Shown piece by piece: positions 49,580-59,544 of a DNA stretch of 64,000 nt (its first letter is position 1; the number at the start of each line of letters is the position of its first letter). This stretch comes from an uncultured delta proteobacterium (GTDB lineage: Bacteria > Myxococcota_A > Polyangia > Palsa-1104). The notes below the pieces were generated by a model, which searched no databases, was not told the origin of the DNA, and saw nothing but the letters and a program-made list of their open reading frames with translations. The stretch is taken from NCBI GenBank assembly GCA_963785725.1, contig CAWAWS010000039.1, positions 672,001-736,000 on the forward strand, in the 5' to 3' direction. A program made the position numbers and the translations under genes.

Positions 49580-52213
49580 GTGGGTAACAAAGCCGATCAC
49601 ACCTGGCAGCTCGCGCCCGTCCGTCACGACGAGCCGCGCTGCGACGCTTACGACGACGAAGCGGCCGTGCGCGCCTTCGAGCGCGCCGTTCGGGTTCACC
49701 GCGCCCACACCGAGGCGATGACCCTCGCGCGCCGGTCGGCTCGCGTCGACGACACCTACCGCGTCGACGGCGCCAGCGGGCGGCGCCACCTCGTCGACAT
49801 CGTCGACGCGTCGGGCCAGCATGATGCCTGCACCTGTCCCGACTTTCTGACCAACGAGCTCGGCACCTGCAAGCACTTGGAGGCGGTGCGACGGCTCATT
49901 CGCCGCGATCGACGCCTGCACGCGCAGCTGGTCGCGCTCGGTCAGACGCCGGCTCAGCCGACGCTGACGGTCGACGCCACCGGCGTCGCACCGGCGCTGG
50001 CGATCGCCGGCCCGCGCGCGGCTCGCTTCGCGCGGGCGCTCGGCCTGACGCTCGAAGGCGGCGGACGCGTCAGCGCCGGTCGCGAACACGCGGCGCTGCC
50101 CGAAGTGTCGGACGGCCGCATCGTGCACGCCGCGGCGCCGGCGCTCGACCTCATTCGTCGCCGTCGCGCGCTGGCCGAGCGTCGCGACGAGGTGCTCGGC
50201 GCCGCGCGCGCAGGTCGCCTGCCCATCGACGTGCTGACGAAGCCGCTGTTTCCTTATCAGCAGGCGGGCGTCTTGCACCTGGCCGCCGGTGGACGCGCGC
50301 TGCTCGCCGACGACATGGGCCTCGGCAAGACGGTGCAGGCGATCGCGGCCTGCGAAGTCTTACGCGCGCGTGGGGAAATGCGCCGCGCGCTCATCGTGAC
50401 GCCGGCATCGCTCAAGAGCCAATGGGCGCGCGAGATCGAGCACTACACGGGAAGCCAGGCGCTCGTCGTCGGCGGCTCGTCGGCGCAGCGGCTGAGCACG
50501 TTCGCCTCCGATGCGCCTTACGTCATCATCAACTACGAGCTGACGTGGCGCGACCTCTCGCAGCTCGCCAGCCTGCAGCCGGACGTGCTGGTGCTCGATG
50601 AAGCGCAGCGCGCCAAGAACTTCCGCACCAAGACGGCCACGACACTGCGCTCGATCTCGTCGCGGTTCCTCTTCGTGCTCACCGGAACGCCGGTCGAGAA
50701 CCGCCTCGACGATCTGTACGCGCTGTTGCAGCTGATCGACGCGCGTGCGCTGGGCCCGTTGTGGAAGTTCAATCATCAGTTCCATCGCCAAAACGAGCGC
50801 GGCAAAGTCGTCGGCTACAAGCAGCTCGGCGAGCTACGCGGACGCATCGGCGCGCTCGTGATGCGGCGTCGCAAGGACGAGGTGCTGACGCAGCTGCCGC
50901 CTTTGACCGAGCAGACCCGCTACGTCGCGCTGTCGCCGGCGCAGATCGACCTCGAAGCGCACTTTCGCGGCGAGGCGGCCAAGCTCCTGGCGACGGCCGA
51001 GCGGCGTGCGCTGCGACCCGAGGAGCAGCAGCGGCTCATGGCCATGTTGCTCAAAGCGCGCCAGGCGTGTAACGCCGCCGAGCTCTGCGATCCCGAAGGC
51101 GCCGCCGACGAGTCGAGCCCCAAGCTGGACGAGCTCGAGCAGCTCATCGGCGAGATCGTGGAGCAGGGCGCGAGCAAGATCCTCGTCTTCTCGGAGTGGA
51201 CGGAGATGCTGCGCCTGGCCGCGCGCCGCCTCGAGAAGCTGGGGATCGGCTACGGCTTCTTGCACGGCGGCGTGCCGGTCCCGCATCGGCCGGCGCTGCT
51301 CGATCGTTTTCGCGAGGACGCCGAGCAGCGCGTCCTTTTGTCGACGGACGCGGGCGGTGTCGGCCTCAATCTGCAGGTCGCGTCCTACGTCATTCACCTC
51401 GATCTGCCGTGGAATCCGGGTCGACTCGACCAACGCACGGCGCGCGCGCATCGGCTCGGGCAAACCCGCGGCGTCTTGGTCACGTGCTTATGCAGCGAGC
51501 GCGGCATCGAGCGCGGCATCGAGGGGACGCTGGCGCAGAAGCGGGCGCTGCGCGGCGCCGCGCTCGACGGCGCGAGCGAGGTCGATGCCATGGACGCGCC
51601 GAGCTTCTCGCTGTTCGTGAAGCAGCTGCAGGCGACCTTGGTGCAGACGGAGTCGGGCGGCAGCGATCGCCCGCTCGACGCCGAGGCTACGGCGCCGTCG
51701 CCGCCGACGCCGCTGAATGCGGGCGCCGGGCGCGCCGAAGCCGGGCCGGCCGAAGCGGCCGCGCCGAGCCAAGGTGTCGCCGGCGGGTCGCCGCTCGTCG
51801 TCGTGGCGCCCGATCCAACGACGGCGCGGGGCCGGCTGCGCTTGGCGACGATCGTGCTCGACGCCGGCTTTCCCGGCGACGCGGTCAAGGCGGCCTACGA
51901 CTCGCTGGCGCGTGCCGCGCGCGCGCTGTTGCCGGCGGGTGCAGCCGACGGTCACGCGGCGCTCGTGGCCGCGATCTATCGCGATCTGGTTCCGGCCGGC
52001 CGGGTTCCGGCGGCTTTTCACGCGGTATTGGCGCGTTCGCATGATCTGGCGCAGCTCGAAGGACACGGCATCGAGGTCGAGCGTGAGCTGGCGGCCGAGG
52101 TCGTCGCCGAGGCCGGGCAATGGCTAGCGCGTCTGGAGCGCGAGCCCAACACGAGCAGCGCGCCCCCGCTTCGCGTGTCGGCCGCCGAGCCGCTCGCCGA
52201 GGGGCGGCGATGA
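49580..52213 (+). CDS. SWIM-SNF2 family helicase with C-terminal HEPN-like domain
   Basis: CTCPDF...CKH SWIM, LADDMGLGKT, LDEAQ, LTGTPVEN, GGVGLNLQ, WNPGRLDQRTARAHRLGQ. Confidence 0.92.
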   Translation: MGNKADHTWQLAPVRHDEPRCDAYDDEAAVRAFERAVRVHRAHTEAMTLARRSARVDDTYRVDGASGRRHLVDIVDASGQHDACTCPDFLTNELGTCKHLEAVRRLIRRDRRLHAQLVALGQTPAQPTLTVDATGVAPALAIAGPRAARFARALGLTLEGGGRVSAGREHAALPEVSDGRIVHAAAPALDLIRRRRALAERRDEVLGAARAGRLPIDVLTKPLFPYQQAGVLHLAAGGRALLADDMGLGKTVQAIAACEVLRARGEMRRALIVTPASLKSQWAREIEHYTGSQALVVGGSSAQRLSTFASDAPYVIINYELTWRDLSQLASLQPDVLVLDEAQRAKNFRTKTATTLRSISSRFLFVLTGTPVENRLDDLYALLQLIDARALGPLWKFNHQFHRQNERGKVVGYKQLGELRGRIGALVMRRRKDEVLTQLPPLTEQTRYVALSPAQIDLEAHFRGEAAKLLATAERRALRPEEQQRLMAMLLKARQACNAAELCDPEGAADESSPKLDELEQLIGEIVEQGASKILVFSEWTEMLRLAARRLEKLGIGYGFLHGGVPVPHRPALLDRFREDAEQRVLLSTDAGGVGLNLQVASYVIHLDLPWNPGRLDQRTARAHRLGQTRGVLVTCLCSERGIERGIEGTLAQKRALRGAALDGASEVDAMDAPSFSLFVKQLQATLVQTESGGSDRPLDAEATAPSPPTPLNAGAGRAEAGPAEAAAPSQGVAGGSPLVVVAPDPTTARGRLRLATIVLDAGFPGDAVKAAYDSLARAARALLPAGAADGHAALVAAIYRDLVPAGRVPAAFHAVLARSHDLAQLEGHGIEVERELAAEVVAEAGQWLARLEREPNTSSAPPLRVSAAEPLAEGRR

Positions 52214-53160
52214 AGCGACCGAAGCGTCCGCCGCCGCCCAAGCCCACGCCGTCACGAGCCGCGACGGCGAAGACCCCAGCGGCGCAGCCGCCAACGGCGA
52301 AGGCGGCGAAGAAGCGAGCCGCGAAGAGGCCCGTGGCCGCGCGCGTGAAGCAGCCGGTGGCCACGCGGGCGAAGCAGCGAGCGGCGCAATCCGGCGCGGC
52401 GGCGCGCGGCCGTCGGTCGGCGGCGCCCGTCGACGAGCCCGAATTCCGCGCGCAACAGCTGATCTTCGATGCCTGGGAAACGCCGGATGCGGACCAGCGC
52501 GCCGAGCTCGCGCGCGAGGCGATCGGTCTGTGGCCCGACTGCGCCGACGCCTATGGCCTGCTCGCGGCCGAATCGACGGAGCTTGGCGAGAAGATCGCCT
52601 TCTTTCATCAGGCGGTCGAGGCCGGCGCTCGCGCCATCGGCGAGCGTGCCTTCGTCGAAGAGGCTGGCATGTTTTGGGGCGTCTTGGAGACGCGCCCGTA
52701 TATGCGCGCCCGCGCCGGCTTGGCCGGCTGCCTGCGCGAGCGCGGCGATTCGGCGGCGGCCGCCGACCACTACCAGGCCTTGCTGCAGCTCAACCCCGAC
52801 GATAACCAGGGCCTACGCTATCTGCTCGCGTCGTGCCTGCTCGAGATCGAGCGTCACGATGCGCTGTCGGCGCTGCTCGCGCGCTATCGCGACGAGGCGT
52901 CGGCCGCGTGGGCGTATACGCGCGCGCTGCTCGGCTTTCGTCTACTGGGCGACTCCGCGCGCACCCAGCGCGCGCTGCGCGACGCGGTGGCCGTCAACCG
53001 GCACGTGCCGGCGCTGCTGCTGGCGAAGAAGCGGCCGCGCCATCTGCCCGATTGGGTCGGCTTCGGCGACGAGAACGAGGCGCTCGTGTACGTCGACGAC
53101 AGCTTGCGCGCGTGGATGCGGACCGCGGGCGCGCTCGAGTGGCTGCGGCGACGGGCCTGA
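52210..53160 (+). CDS. TPR-like helical protein coupled to the SNF2 helicase
   Basis: ATGA overlap. Basic Ala/Lys/Pro N-terminal tail. FWGVLETRPYMRA and LNPDDNQGLRY motifs. Confidence 0.8.
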   Translation: MKRPKRPPPPKPTPSRAATAKTPAAQPPTAKAAKKRAAKRPVAARVKQPVATRAKQRAAQSGAAARGRRSAAPVDEPEFRAQQLIFDAWETPDADQRAELAREAIGLWPDCADAYGLLAAESTELGEKIAFFHQAVEAGARAIGERAFVEEAGMFWGVLETRPYMRARAGLAGCLRERGDSAAAADHYQALLQLNPDDNQGLRYLLASCLLEIERHDALSALLARYRDEASAAWAYTRALLGFRLLGDSARTQRALRDAVAVNRHVPALLLAKKRPRHLPDWVGFGDENEALVYVDDSLRAWMRTAGALEWLRRRA

Positions 53161-53288
53161 CGCTCGGCGTGTGCGCGCGTCGTCGTGGTGCCGGCCACCG
53201 CGCGTGAAGATCGTGCCTAGCCGGCGCCCGCTTCGTGCACATAATCGTTCGGCTGTCGGCGGCTCGCCGCGGCACACAGGAGAACAGG

Positions 53289-53513
53289 ATGGCCAACCAG
53301 ACCTGGTCGAAGGACATCGACGACCGGCACTACGACCTCGAGCTCAAAGACGGCTACGCGACCGTCAGCAGCGTCGCGCCGCCGGAATACCACACGATGC
53401 AGTCGGCGCGCTGCACGCTGGCGGAGTTCGTCGCCGGGCAGATCAGCTCCGACGTGCGCCAGATCTTCGGCGACGGCGTGCTCGCCGAGGCGCTCTCCGT
53501 CGCCAAAGGCTGA
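53289..53513 (+). CDS. Small hypothetical protein (74 aa)
   Basis: MANQTWSKDIDDRHYDLELKDG.... AGGA purine-rich RBS, typical codon bias. Confidence 0.7.
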   Translation: MANQTWSKDIDDRHYDLELKDGYATVSSVAPPEYHTMQSARCTLAEFVAGQISSDVRQIFGDGVLAEALSVAKG

Positions 53514-53555
53514 AGTCGCCGGAGCGCGCGGCGCGTCGTGCTCGTCGTGACCTGA

Positions 53556-54320
53556 TTACGGCGTGAGGCCGAGCGCCGGCGCGTAGCGCAGCCAGCGGTC
53601 GGCGCCGCTCTCGCGCGGCGGCGGCGTCAGCCCCATCGCGACGAGCTGCCGCCGATGTTCGTCGAATTCCGCCAGCTGCCGCTGCAACCCGGCGCCGACG
53701 TGCGCGCACACCGCCGCCGACGCCTCCTGCCCAATCCGCCGCATCGTCGCCGCCTGCGTCGGCTCGTCGGCGAGCGCCACCAGCTCGAACGTGAAGCGCC
53801 GCACGTCGTCGTCGTTCATGCGCGCCGCCGCCGGCGCCACCAGATCGAGCGCGGCGTTCGCGTCGCCGATGAGCGCGATCGCCAGCGACAGCGGCCAGCC
53901 GTCCTCGCGCCGGTCGATCGCGCGCAGCGTCGCCAGCGCGTCGGGCGGCAGCGGCTCGGCCAAGCTCGACGTCACCGACAGCGCCTCCACCGCCGGCCGC
54001 AAGAGCGTGCGATCGCCGTCCTGCAGCTGCGCCAGCGTCGGCGCGACGGCCGCCAGCACGCGCGCCACGGCCGAGCCCAGCTGCGGGCCGGCGGCGGCCA
54101 GCGTCGCCAGCTTCAAGAGGCGCTCGCAGACGAGATAATCGCCCTCGCGCAGCAGCTCACCGATGGCGAACGGCAGCCGCGAATCCTGCTCGACGAGCGG
54201 CACCAGCCACTGCAGCGCCACCTGATCGCCGACGTCGCCGCGCGGCTGCTCGAACGGCTCCTTGGCTTCGGCGCGCAGCCAATCGATGAGCGGCCCTTTG
54301 GCGGGCATCGGCGTTCGCAT
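53556..54320 (-). CDS. Hypothetical helical protein, candidate immunity protein
   Basis: Starts 12 nt after the DUF4157 gene stop on the same strand. No recognised domain. Confidence 0.65.
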   Translation of the reverse strand: MRTPMPAKGPLIDWLRAEAKEPFEQPRGDVGDQVALQWLVPLVEQDSRLPFAIGELLREGDYLVCERLLKLATLAAAGPQLGSAVARVLAAVAPTLAQLQDGDRTLLRPAVEALSVTSSLAEPLPPDALATLRAIDRREDGWPLSLAIALIGDANAALDLVAPAAARMNDDDVRRFTFELVALADEPTQAATMRRIGQEASAAVCAHVGAGLQRQLAEFDEHRRQLVAMGLTPPPRESGADRWLRYAPALGLTP

Positions 54321-54332
54321 CGCTTAGCCTAA

Positions 54333-56504
54333 CTAGCCTTTGGCGGTCTTCGGCGTCGTCGCGGTGCCGGTCGTCGTGCCGGTTGCCGCGGTCGCCGCAG
54401 CGCCGGGCGGCGCGCTTCCCGGCGTGGCCGCGGTCGCGGTCGCGGTCGTCGTCGTCGTGGCTGCCGGCGCGCCGGCGACGGGAGGCTTCTTGTCCGACGG
54501 CGCCGTAATCTCGCCCGGCGCACGCGTCGGCGACGGTGCCCCGCGCTCGTTGTTCGTCGACGTCTTGATGGCGGCGAGCATCTCCTTGATCTTGTCGCCC
54601 ATCGGGATGGTCATCCCGCCGCGCAGGTACATGTCCGTCAAGTTCGGAATCATGCCCTCGAGCGCCTGCTTCGCCTTCGGATCGGTCTCCTTGTCGATGC
54701 GCGCTTTGAGCTCGGGATCCTGCTTGAGCGCCTCGTCGCGCGCCTTCTGGATCGCGTTGCGAATCTCCGTCTCGGTGTCGGCCGTGGGAATGACCGCCTT
54801 GGCGTTCTTGACCGCGGAGACCGGCACTTTGCCGGCGAGGAACTCGTTGGCGCCGCCGCCGGTGACGCCGTACGCCTCGCCCGTCGGCCGCGAGACCCAC
54901 AGCGAAGACTGCATGCCGTCGTAAGCCGTCGGACGACGCGCCTCCATCGTGCCCGCGGCCTTGGTCACGTCGACCTCGAACACGATGTTACCGTCGGGGA
55001 ACCACTCCGGCTGCAGCGCCGCCAGCTCCAAGAGCTGCCCATAGCCCGCGTCGCTGGCGTTCTTGAGCTTGTAGGAATCGGGCGTAAACCACGTGCCCTT
55101 GTCGGGCATGATCGTGCCGCTGCCCTGATGCAGCAGCGGAGTGCCTTTCTTGGCGTCGTTCTTCCACAGATCGTAGGCGACCTGATCGACGTTGGGCATT
55201 CCCGCCGCCAGCGCCTTGTACGCGCCCTGATCGACCGCCGTATACCAAAAGCCCTTGAGCCCTTGCGTACGCTGCAACGCGTTGGGCAGCTTGCCGACGT
55301 CGAGCTTCTTGCCCTTGAAGCGCCAGTCCGCCGCCAGCGTATTCATGCACTGGTTGTAGATGGTCTTCGGATTGACGGTCTCGGCGTTCGACTGAATCCA
55401 CGTCGCCAGCTTGCCGTAAAAGGCCGCGCGCGCCGCCGCATGCCCGCCGTCTTCCATGTTCACTTCGGCTTTGACGTCGGCCAGCTTCTGCGTCGCCACC
55501 GGATCGGCCGCGCAGAACGCGTCGACGTCCGCTTCGCTCTTACACGCCTTGGCTTTTTCGATCTGCGCTTGCTTGGGATCGGCCGGCGCCGCGCCCGCCG
55601 GACCTTTGGCCGCCGGCGCCGCACCGGCCGGAGCGGCCGCCGCCGGACCTTTGGCTGGCGCGCGATGAATGCGCGTGCCGGCGCCGTAAAATTTGGCCGC
55701 GATCGCTGCCGGCTGGGCCGACGGCTTGGCCGCGCCCGCAGCGGCACCGGCCGCGTGAGCCGCGCCCGCGCCACCTTTGTGCTCGCCACCGGCGCCGCCT
55801 TTGTGCTCGCCGCCGGCCGCGTCGCCACCGGCTTTGTCGCCGCCAGCCGCGCCACCATCCGCTGCGCCGGCTTTGTCGCCGCCCTTTTTGTCGCCGTGCA
55901 GATCGCCGGCGACTTTCTCCGACACCGCGTCGGCCTCGACTTCAGCCGGCTCGTCGGGATTCGAGACTTCGCCGGCGCCGTGCGCGTGCTCGCCCTCGGC
56001 GCCTTCGCCGCCGGCCTCGGGCTTGCGCTGAATGCCCGACTTCTGCCCTTGCACGACGTGCGTCAGCTCGTGCGCGAGCAGCTTGTCGCCCTCTTTCGAG
56101 CCGGGCGCGAACTCGCCGCTGTTGAAGTGCACGTCGTTGCCGACGGTGAATGCGCGCGCGCCGAGCTGCCCGGCCGCCTCCGCCGAAGACCCCGACGTAT
56201 GCACGCGCACGCCCGACAGATCGGCGCCGAGTCGCGGCTCCATGCGCGCGCGCACGCCCTCGGGCAGCGACGAGCCGGCGGCTTGCGGAATCTTGGCCTC
56301 ACCGGCCGCGCCGCTGGCTTTGCGCATCGCCGCCAGTCGCCGATCCAAGCTGGCCGCGACCTCTTGCCGCTCGGCGTTCACGGCGTCCATGCGCGACGCG
56401 CCGAACAGGCCCGTTTTACGCGGGAGCAGCGACGGCTGTGGATCGGCCGTGGTGCTCGACTGTCCTGCTTCCGGCGGCTTGTTCGCGCGTCCGCTGTCGC
56501 TCAT
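54333..56504 (-). CDS. DUF4157 (eCIS core domain) protein with C-terminal putative toxin domain
   Basis: GADLSGVRVHT...GARAFTVGNDVHF...LLAHELTHVVQ, then a Gly/Ala linker and a unique globular C-terminal region. Confidence 0.85.
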   Translation of the reverse strand: MSDSGRANKPPEAGQSSTTADPQPSLLPRKTGLFGASRMDAVNAERQEVAASLDRRLAAMRKASGAAGEAKIPQAAGSSLPEGVRARMEPRLGADLSGVRVHTSGSSAEAAGQLGARAFTVGNDVHFNSGEFAPGSKEGDKLLAHELTHVVQGQKSGIQRKPEAGGEGAEGEHAHGAGEVSNPDEPAEVEADAVSEKVAGDLHGDKKGGDKAGAADGGAAGGDKAGGDAAGGEHKGGAGGEHKGGAGAAHAAGAAAGAAKPSAQPAAIAAKFYGAGTRIHRAPAKGPAAAAPAGAAPAAKGPAGAAPADPKQAQIEKAKACKSEADVDAFCAADPVATQKLADVKAEVNMEDGGHAAARAAFYGKLATWIQSNAETVNPKTIYNQCMNTLAADWRFKGKKLDVGKLPNALQRTQGLKGFWYTAVDQGAYKALAAGMPNVDQVAYDLWKNDAKKGTPLLHQGSGTIMPDKGTWFTPDSYKLKNASDAGYGQLLELAALQPEWFPDGNIVFEVDVTKAAGTMEARRPTAYDGMQSSLWVSRPTGEAYGVTGGGANEFLAGKVPVSAVKNAKAVIPTADTETEIRNAIQKARDEALKQDPELKARIDKETDPKAKQALEGMIPNLTDMYLRGGMTIPMGDKIKEMLAAIKTSTNNERGAPSPTRAPGEITAPSDKKPPVAGAPAATTTTTATATAATPGSAPPGAAATAATGTTTGTATTPKTAKG

Positions 56505-56741
56505 TCCCCGACCCCCGAGTACGAACTATTACAAATTATCACTAGAGTTATCGGCGGAACGTTCGAAAAGTTGCTTCCTATTTGGCGCTGCCGCTCGCTG
56601 TGATCTCGGTTTCAGCGCGCGGCCGTGTCGCGCCACGGCCGTGGCCGAACGCGCGATAGATTCGTGAGCTATTACGATGGCTTGCTTGGGTGTCGCGGAG
56701 GCTGTCGAGCGGCGGTGACGAGCGCCGCCGGAGCGGCGTGG

Positions 56742-57437
56742 CTAGATGCCGACGCTGCCGATCTGCTCGTAGGCCGAGCGCAGCCAGATCTTGACGCGCT
56801 GACGCTCGAGGAGGCTGAGGCTCTTGGTGTCGCTGTCGCTCTTGTGCTTGGCGGCCCAGAAGCTGGTGCTGGCGGCGTCGATCTTGGCGATGACGACCTC
56901 GTGCAGCCGCTTGAGCACGATGATCTTGGCGCCCAGCTCGAGCGCGCGTTCGCGCAGACCCGAGTCCTCGAAGACGTCGAAGTTGTCGCCGCGCAGCTGG
57001 TTGAGGACGATCGTGTATTGCAGGCGCGCGCCGAAGCGATCGAACAGCTTCTTCAGCAGCTCCACCGAATCGCGACCCGAGTCCATGACGTGCCAGTAAC
57101 GGACGGTGAAGTCGTGGTCGCCGGCGAGCTCGAGCACGCCCGAGTCGTCCATCCAGCGCGCCAGCGCGTCCTGTGTCTGCGCGGCCAGGTCGACGAGGAT
57201 GCGCTTGTCGCGATCGGCGGTCGCGGCTTCGACGATCGCGTCCAAGCTCTCGTAGCGATCGACCACGATCGGCGAGGCGTAGTCGGCGTAGAAGCGCAGC
57301 AAGGAGCCGTGCGAGCGATCGGTGTCGAAGCCCAAGAACGGAATGCTCTCGTCGATGAGGTACTGCGCGACGACCCGCGCCATGACCGACTTGCCGACTC
57401 CGCCCTTCTCGCCGCCGATGAGATGAATGTGGCCCAT
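56742..57437 (-). CDS. ParA/MinD-like P-loop NTPase (MobD-like family)
   Basis: Deviant Walker A GGEKGGVGKS, FDTDRSH, LVDLAAQ. Confidence 0.8.
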   Translation of the reverse strand: MGHIHLIGGEKGGVGKSVMARVVAQYLIDESIPFLGFDTDRSHGSLLRFYADYASPIVVDRYESLDAIVEAATADRDKRILVDLAAQTQDALARWMDDSGVLELAGDHDFTVRYWHVMDSGRDSVELLKKLFDRFGARLQYTIVLNQLRGDNFDVFEDSGLRERALELGAKIIVLKRLHEVVIAKIDAASTSFWAAKHKSDSDTKSLSLLERQRVKIWLRSAYEQIGSVGI

Positions 57438-57579
57438 GTGCGGCACATTTAGGGGGCAGGCCGAGAAAAAACGCTAGGAAAAGCTGCGCGCTGTTGCCGA
57501 GAATTCGCCGGAAGTTTCAAGCGTGTATCGCGATGATTCGGCGCCGCGCCGTCGACCCGATGCAGTCGCGCCCGCGAAG

Positions 57580-58491
57580 TCAGCGCGTCAGCGCGACGAC
57601 GAACTCGAGGAAGGCGCGCAGCTTGGCCGAGTCGCGCTGCGGCGCGTGGTACGCGTACAGCGGATAGGTCTCGTCGGACCATTCGGGCAACACTTGCACG
57701 AGCCGGCCGTCGGCGAGCAGCGTGCGCGCATAAGGCTCGATGAGCTGCGTCACGCCCTGTCCGCCGAGGCAGGCGGCGAGCAGCGAGCCGGAGTCGCTCA
57801 CCTGCAAGCGGCCGGCGGCGTTGACCGCGACCACCTTCTTGCCGCGCACGAACTCCCAGGCGAAGGCGCTGCCCGTCGCCGGATTGCGCATGAGGACGCA
57901 CTCGTGCTGCTCGATGTCGCGCGGCTTGCGCGGCGTTCCATGGCGCGCGAGGTAGTCGGGCGCGGCGCAGGTGATGATGCGCGTGCGCAAGAGCAGCCGC
58001 GCCTTGAGCGACGACGGCTCGGGGAAGCCGAAGCGGACGGCGGCGTCAAAGCCGTCGCTGACGAGGTCGCCCAGCCGATCGCGGACCGCAATGTCGACGA
58101 ACAGCTGCGGATGGCGCGCCAAGAACGGCTGAATGCGCGGCGTGAGCACGAACTGCCCGATGCCGGCGTCGACGTTGACGCGCAGCCGGCCGCGAATCTG
58201 CGTCGACGCGTCGGCGGCCTCGCTGGTGGCGTCGGCGATCGCGGCCAGGTGCGGCGCGATGGCGGTGTAGAAGCGGCGGCCTTCGTCGGTGAGCACGATG
58301 GCGCGGACGGTGCGATGGAAGATGCGCACGCCGACGCGCTCCTCGAGGCGGGCGATGGCGCGGCTGACGGCCGATTGCGTGAGCCCGAGCGCCTCGCCGG
58401 CGCGCACGAAGCTGCCGGCCTCGACGACGGCGCCGAGGAGCGCGAGGCCTTCCAACGACCGCCTGTCAACGCTCATGAGACCTACTTTCAT
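57580..58491 (-). CDS. LysR family regulator (CrgA/DmlR-like)
   Basis: GSFVRAGEALGLTQSAVSRAIARLE, DLVSDGFDAAVRFG. Confidence 0.92.
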   Translation of the reverse strand: MKVGLMSVDRRSLEGLALLGAVVEAGSFVRAGEALGLTQSAVSRAIARLEERVGVRIFHRTVRAIVLTDEGRRFYTAIAPHLAAIADATSEAADASTQIRGRLRVNVDAGIGQFVLTPRIQPFLARHPQLFVDIAVRDRLGDLVSDGFDAAVRFGFPEPSSLKARLLLRTRIITCAAPDYLARHGTPRKPRDIEQHECVLMRNPATGSAFAWEFVRGKKVVAVNAAGRLQVSDSGSLLAACLGGQGVTQLIEPYARTLLADGRLVQVLPEWSDETYPLYAYHAPQRDSAKLRAFLEFVVALTR

Positions 58492-58584
58492 GCATGTCGA
58501 GGCTTCCGAGTATGCACGTGCGGCAGTCTCGGCGAGGCGGCAATCTCACCTACCACTAGTCCAACCGAGCGAGGCTGAATACGC

Positions 58585-59469
58585 ATGATCGTCGTCACCG
58601 CACCCACCAGCAACATCGGCCGCCAGGTCCTCGAGAATGTTTTGCGCGGCAACGAAGCCGTCCGCGTCATCGCGCGCGATCCGGCGCGCTTGCCGGCGGC
58701 GACGCGGGCGCGCGTCGAGGTCGTGACCGGCTCGCACGGCGACGCCGACGTCGTCGAGCGCGCGTTCGCCGGCGCGCAGTCGGTCTTCTGGCTGGTGCCG
58801 CCGAATCTGCGCGCGCCCAGCGTTTTGGCCGCGTATGTCGACTTCACGCGACCGGCGTGCGCCGCTTGGCGCCGCCACGGCGTCGCGCGCGTCGTCGGCG
58901 TGTCGGCGCTCGGGCGCGGCGTGGTCGAGCGCGCCGGGCTCGTCAGCGCGGCCTTGGCGATGGATGATCTCATCGCCGGCAGCGGCGTCGCTTATCGCGC
59001 GCTGACCCTGCCGTCGTTCATGGAGAATATCCTGCGCCAGGTGGAGCCGATTCGCAGTCGCGGGCTGTTCTTCGGGCCGATCGCCAGCCAGCTGAAGGCG
59101 CCGACCTGCGCCACGCGCGACATCGCCGCGGTCGCCGCCAAGCTGCTGCTCGATCACACGTGGAGCGGCAACGGCAGCGCGCCCGTGCTCGGGCCCGAGG
59201 ATCTGTCGTTCGACGAGATGGCGCAGATCATGTCGGAGGTGCTCGGCAAGACGGTGCGCTACGAGCAGCTCTCGAGCGCGGCGTTCGCGGCGCGGCTCGG
59301 CGAGCAGGGCGCCTCGCCGGCGATGATCGCGGGCATGGTCGACATGATGACGGCCAAGAACGCCGGGCTCGACAACGCCGAGCCGCGCACCCGCGAAAAC
59401 ACGACGCCGACGAGCTTCCGGCAGTGGTGCACGGAGATCCTGAAGCCGGCCGTCGCCCTGAATCTTTAA
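58585..59469 (+). CDS. NmrA-like NAD(P)H-binding protein
   Basis: MIVVTAPTSNIG, ATRDIAAVAA, LGPEDLSF, TPTSFRQW. Confidence 0.88.
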   Translation: MIVVTAPTSNIGRQVLENVLRGNEAVRVIARDPARLPAATRARVEVVTGSHGDADVVERAFAGAQSVFWLVPPNLRAPSVLAAYVDFTRPACAAWRRHGVARVVGVSALGRGVVERAGLVSAALAMDDLIAGSGVAYRALTLPSFMENILRQVEPIRSRGLFFGPIASQLKAPTCATRDIAAVAAKLLLDHTWSGNGSAPVLGPEDLSFDEMAQIMSEVLGKTVRYEQLSSAAFAARLGEQGASPAMIAGMVDMMTAKNAGLDNAEPRTRENTTPTSFRQWCTEILKPAVALNL

Positions 59470-59544
59470 CCAACCACGCTAAATATTAACCAATGGGTTA
59501 AGTGGTTGCGATGCGCCGGTCAATGAACGAATAGGAGACGAGAG

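Noticed and set aside
55590..55890. Short tandem repeats as a possible CRISPR or repeat array
   Set aside because: They are coding low-complexity repeats in the DUF4157 linker, with no regular repeat-spacer structure and no cas genes.
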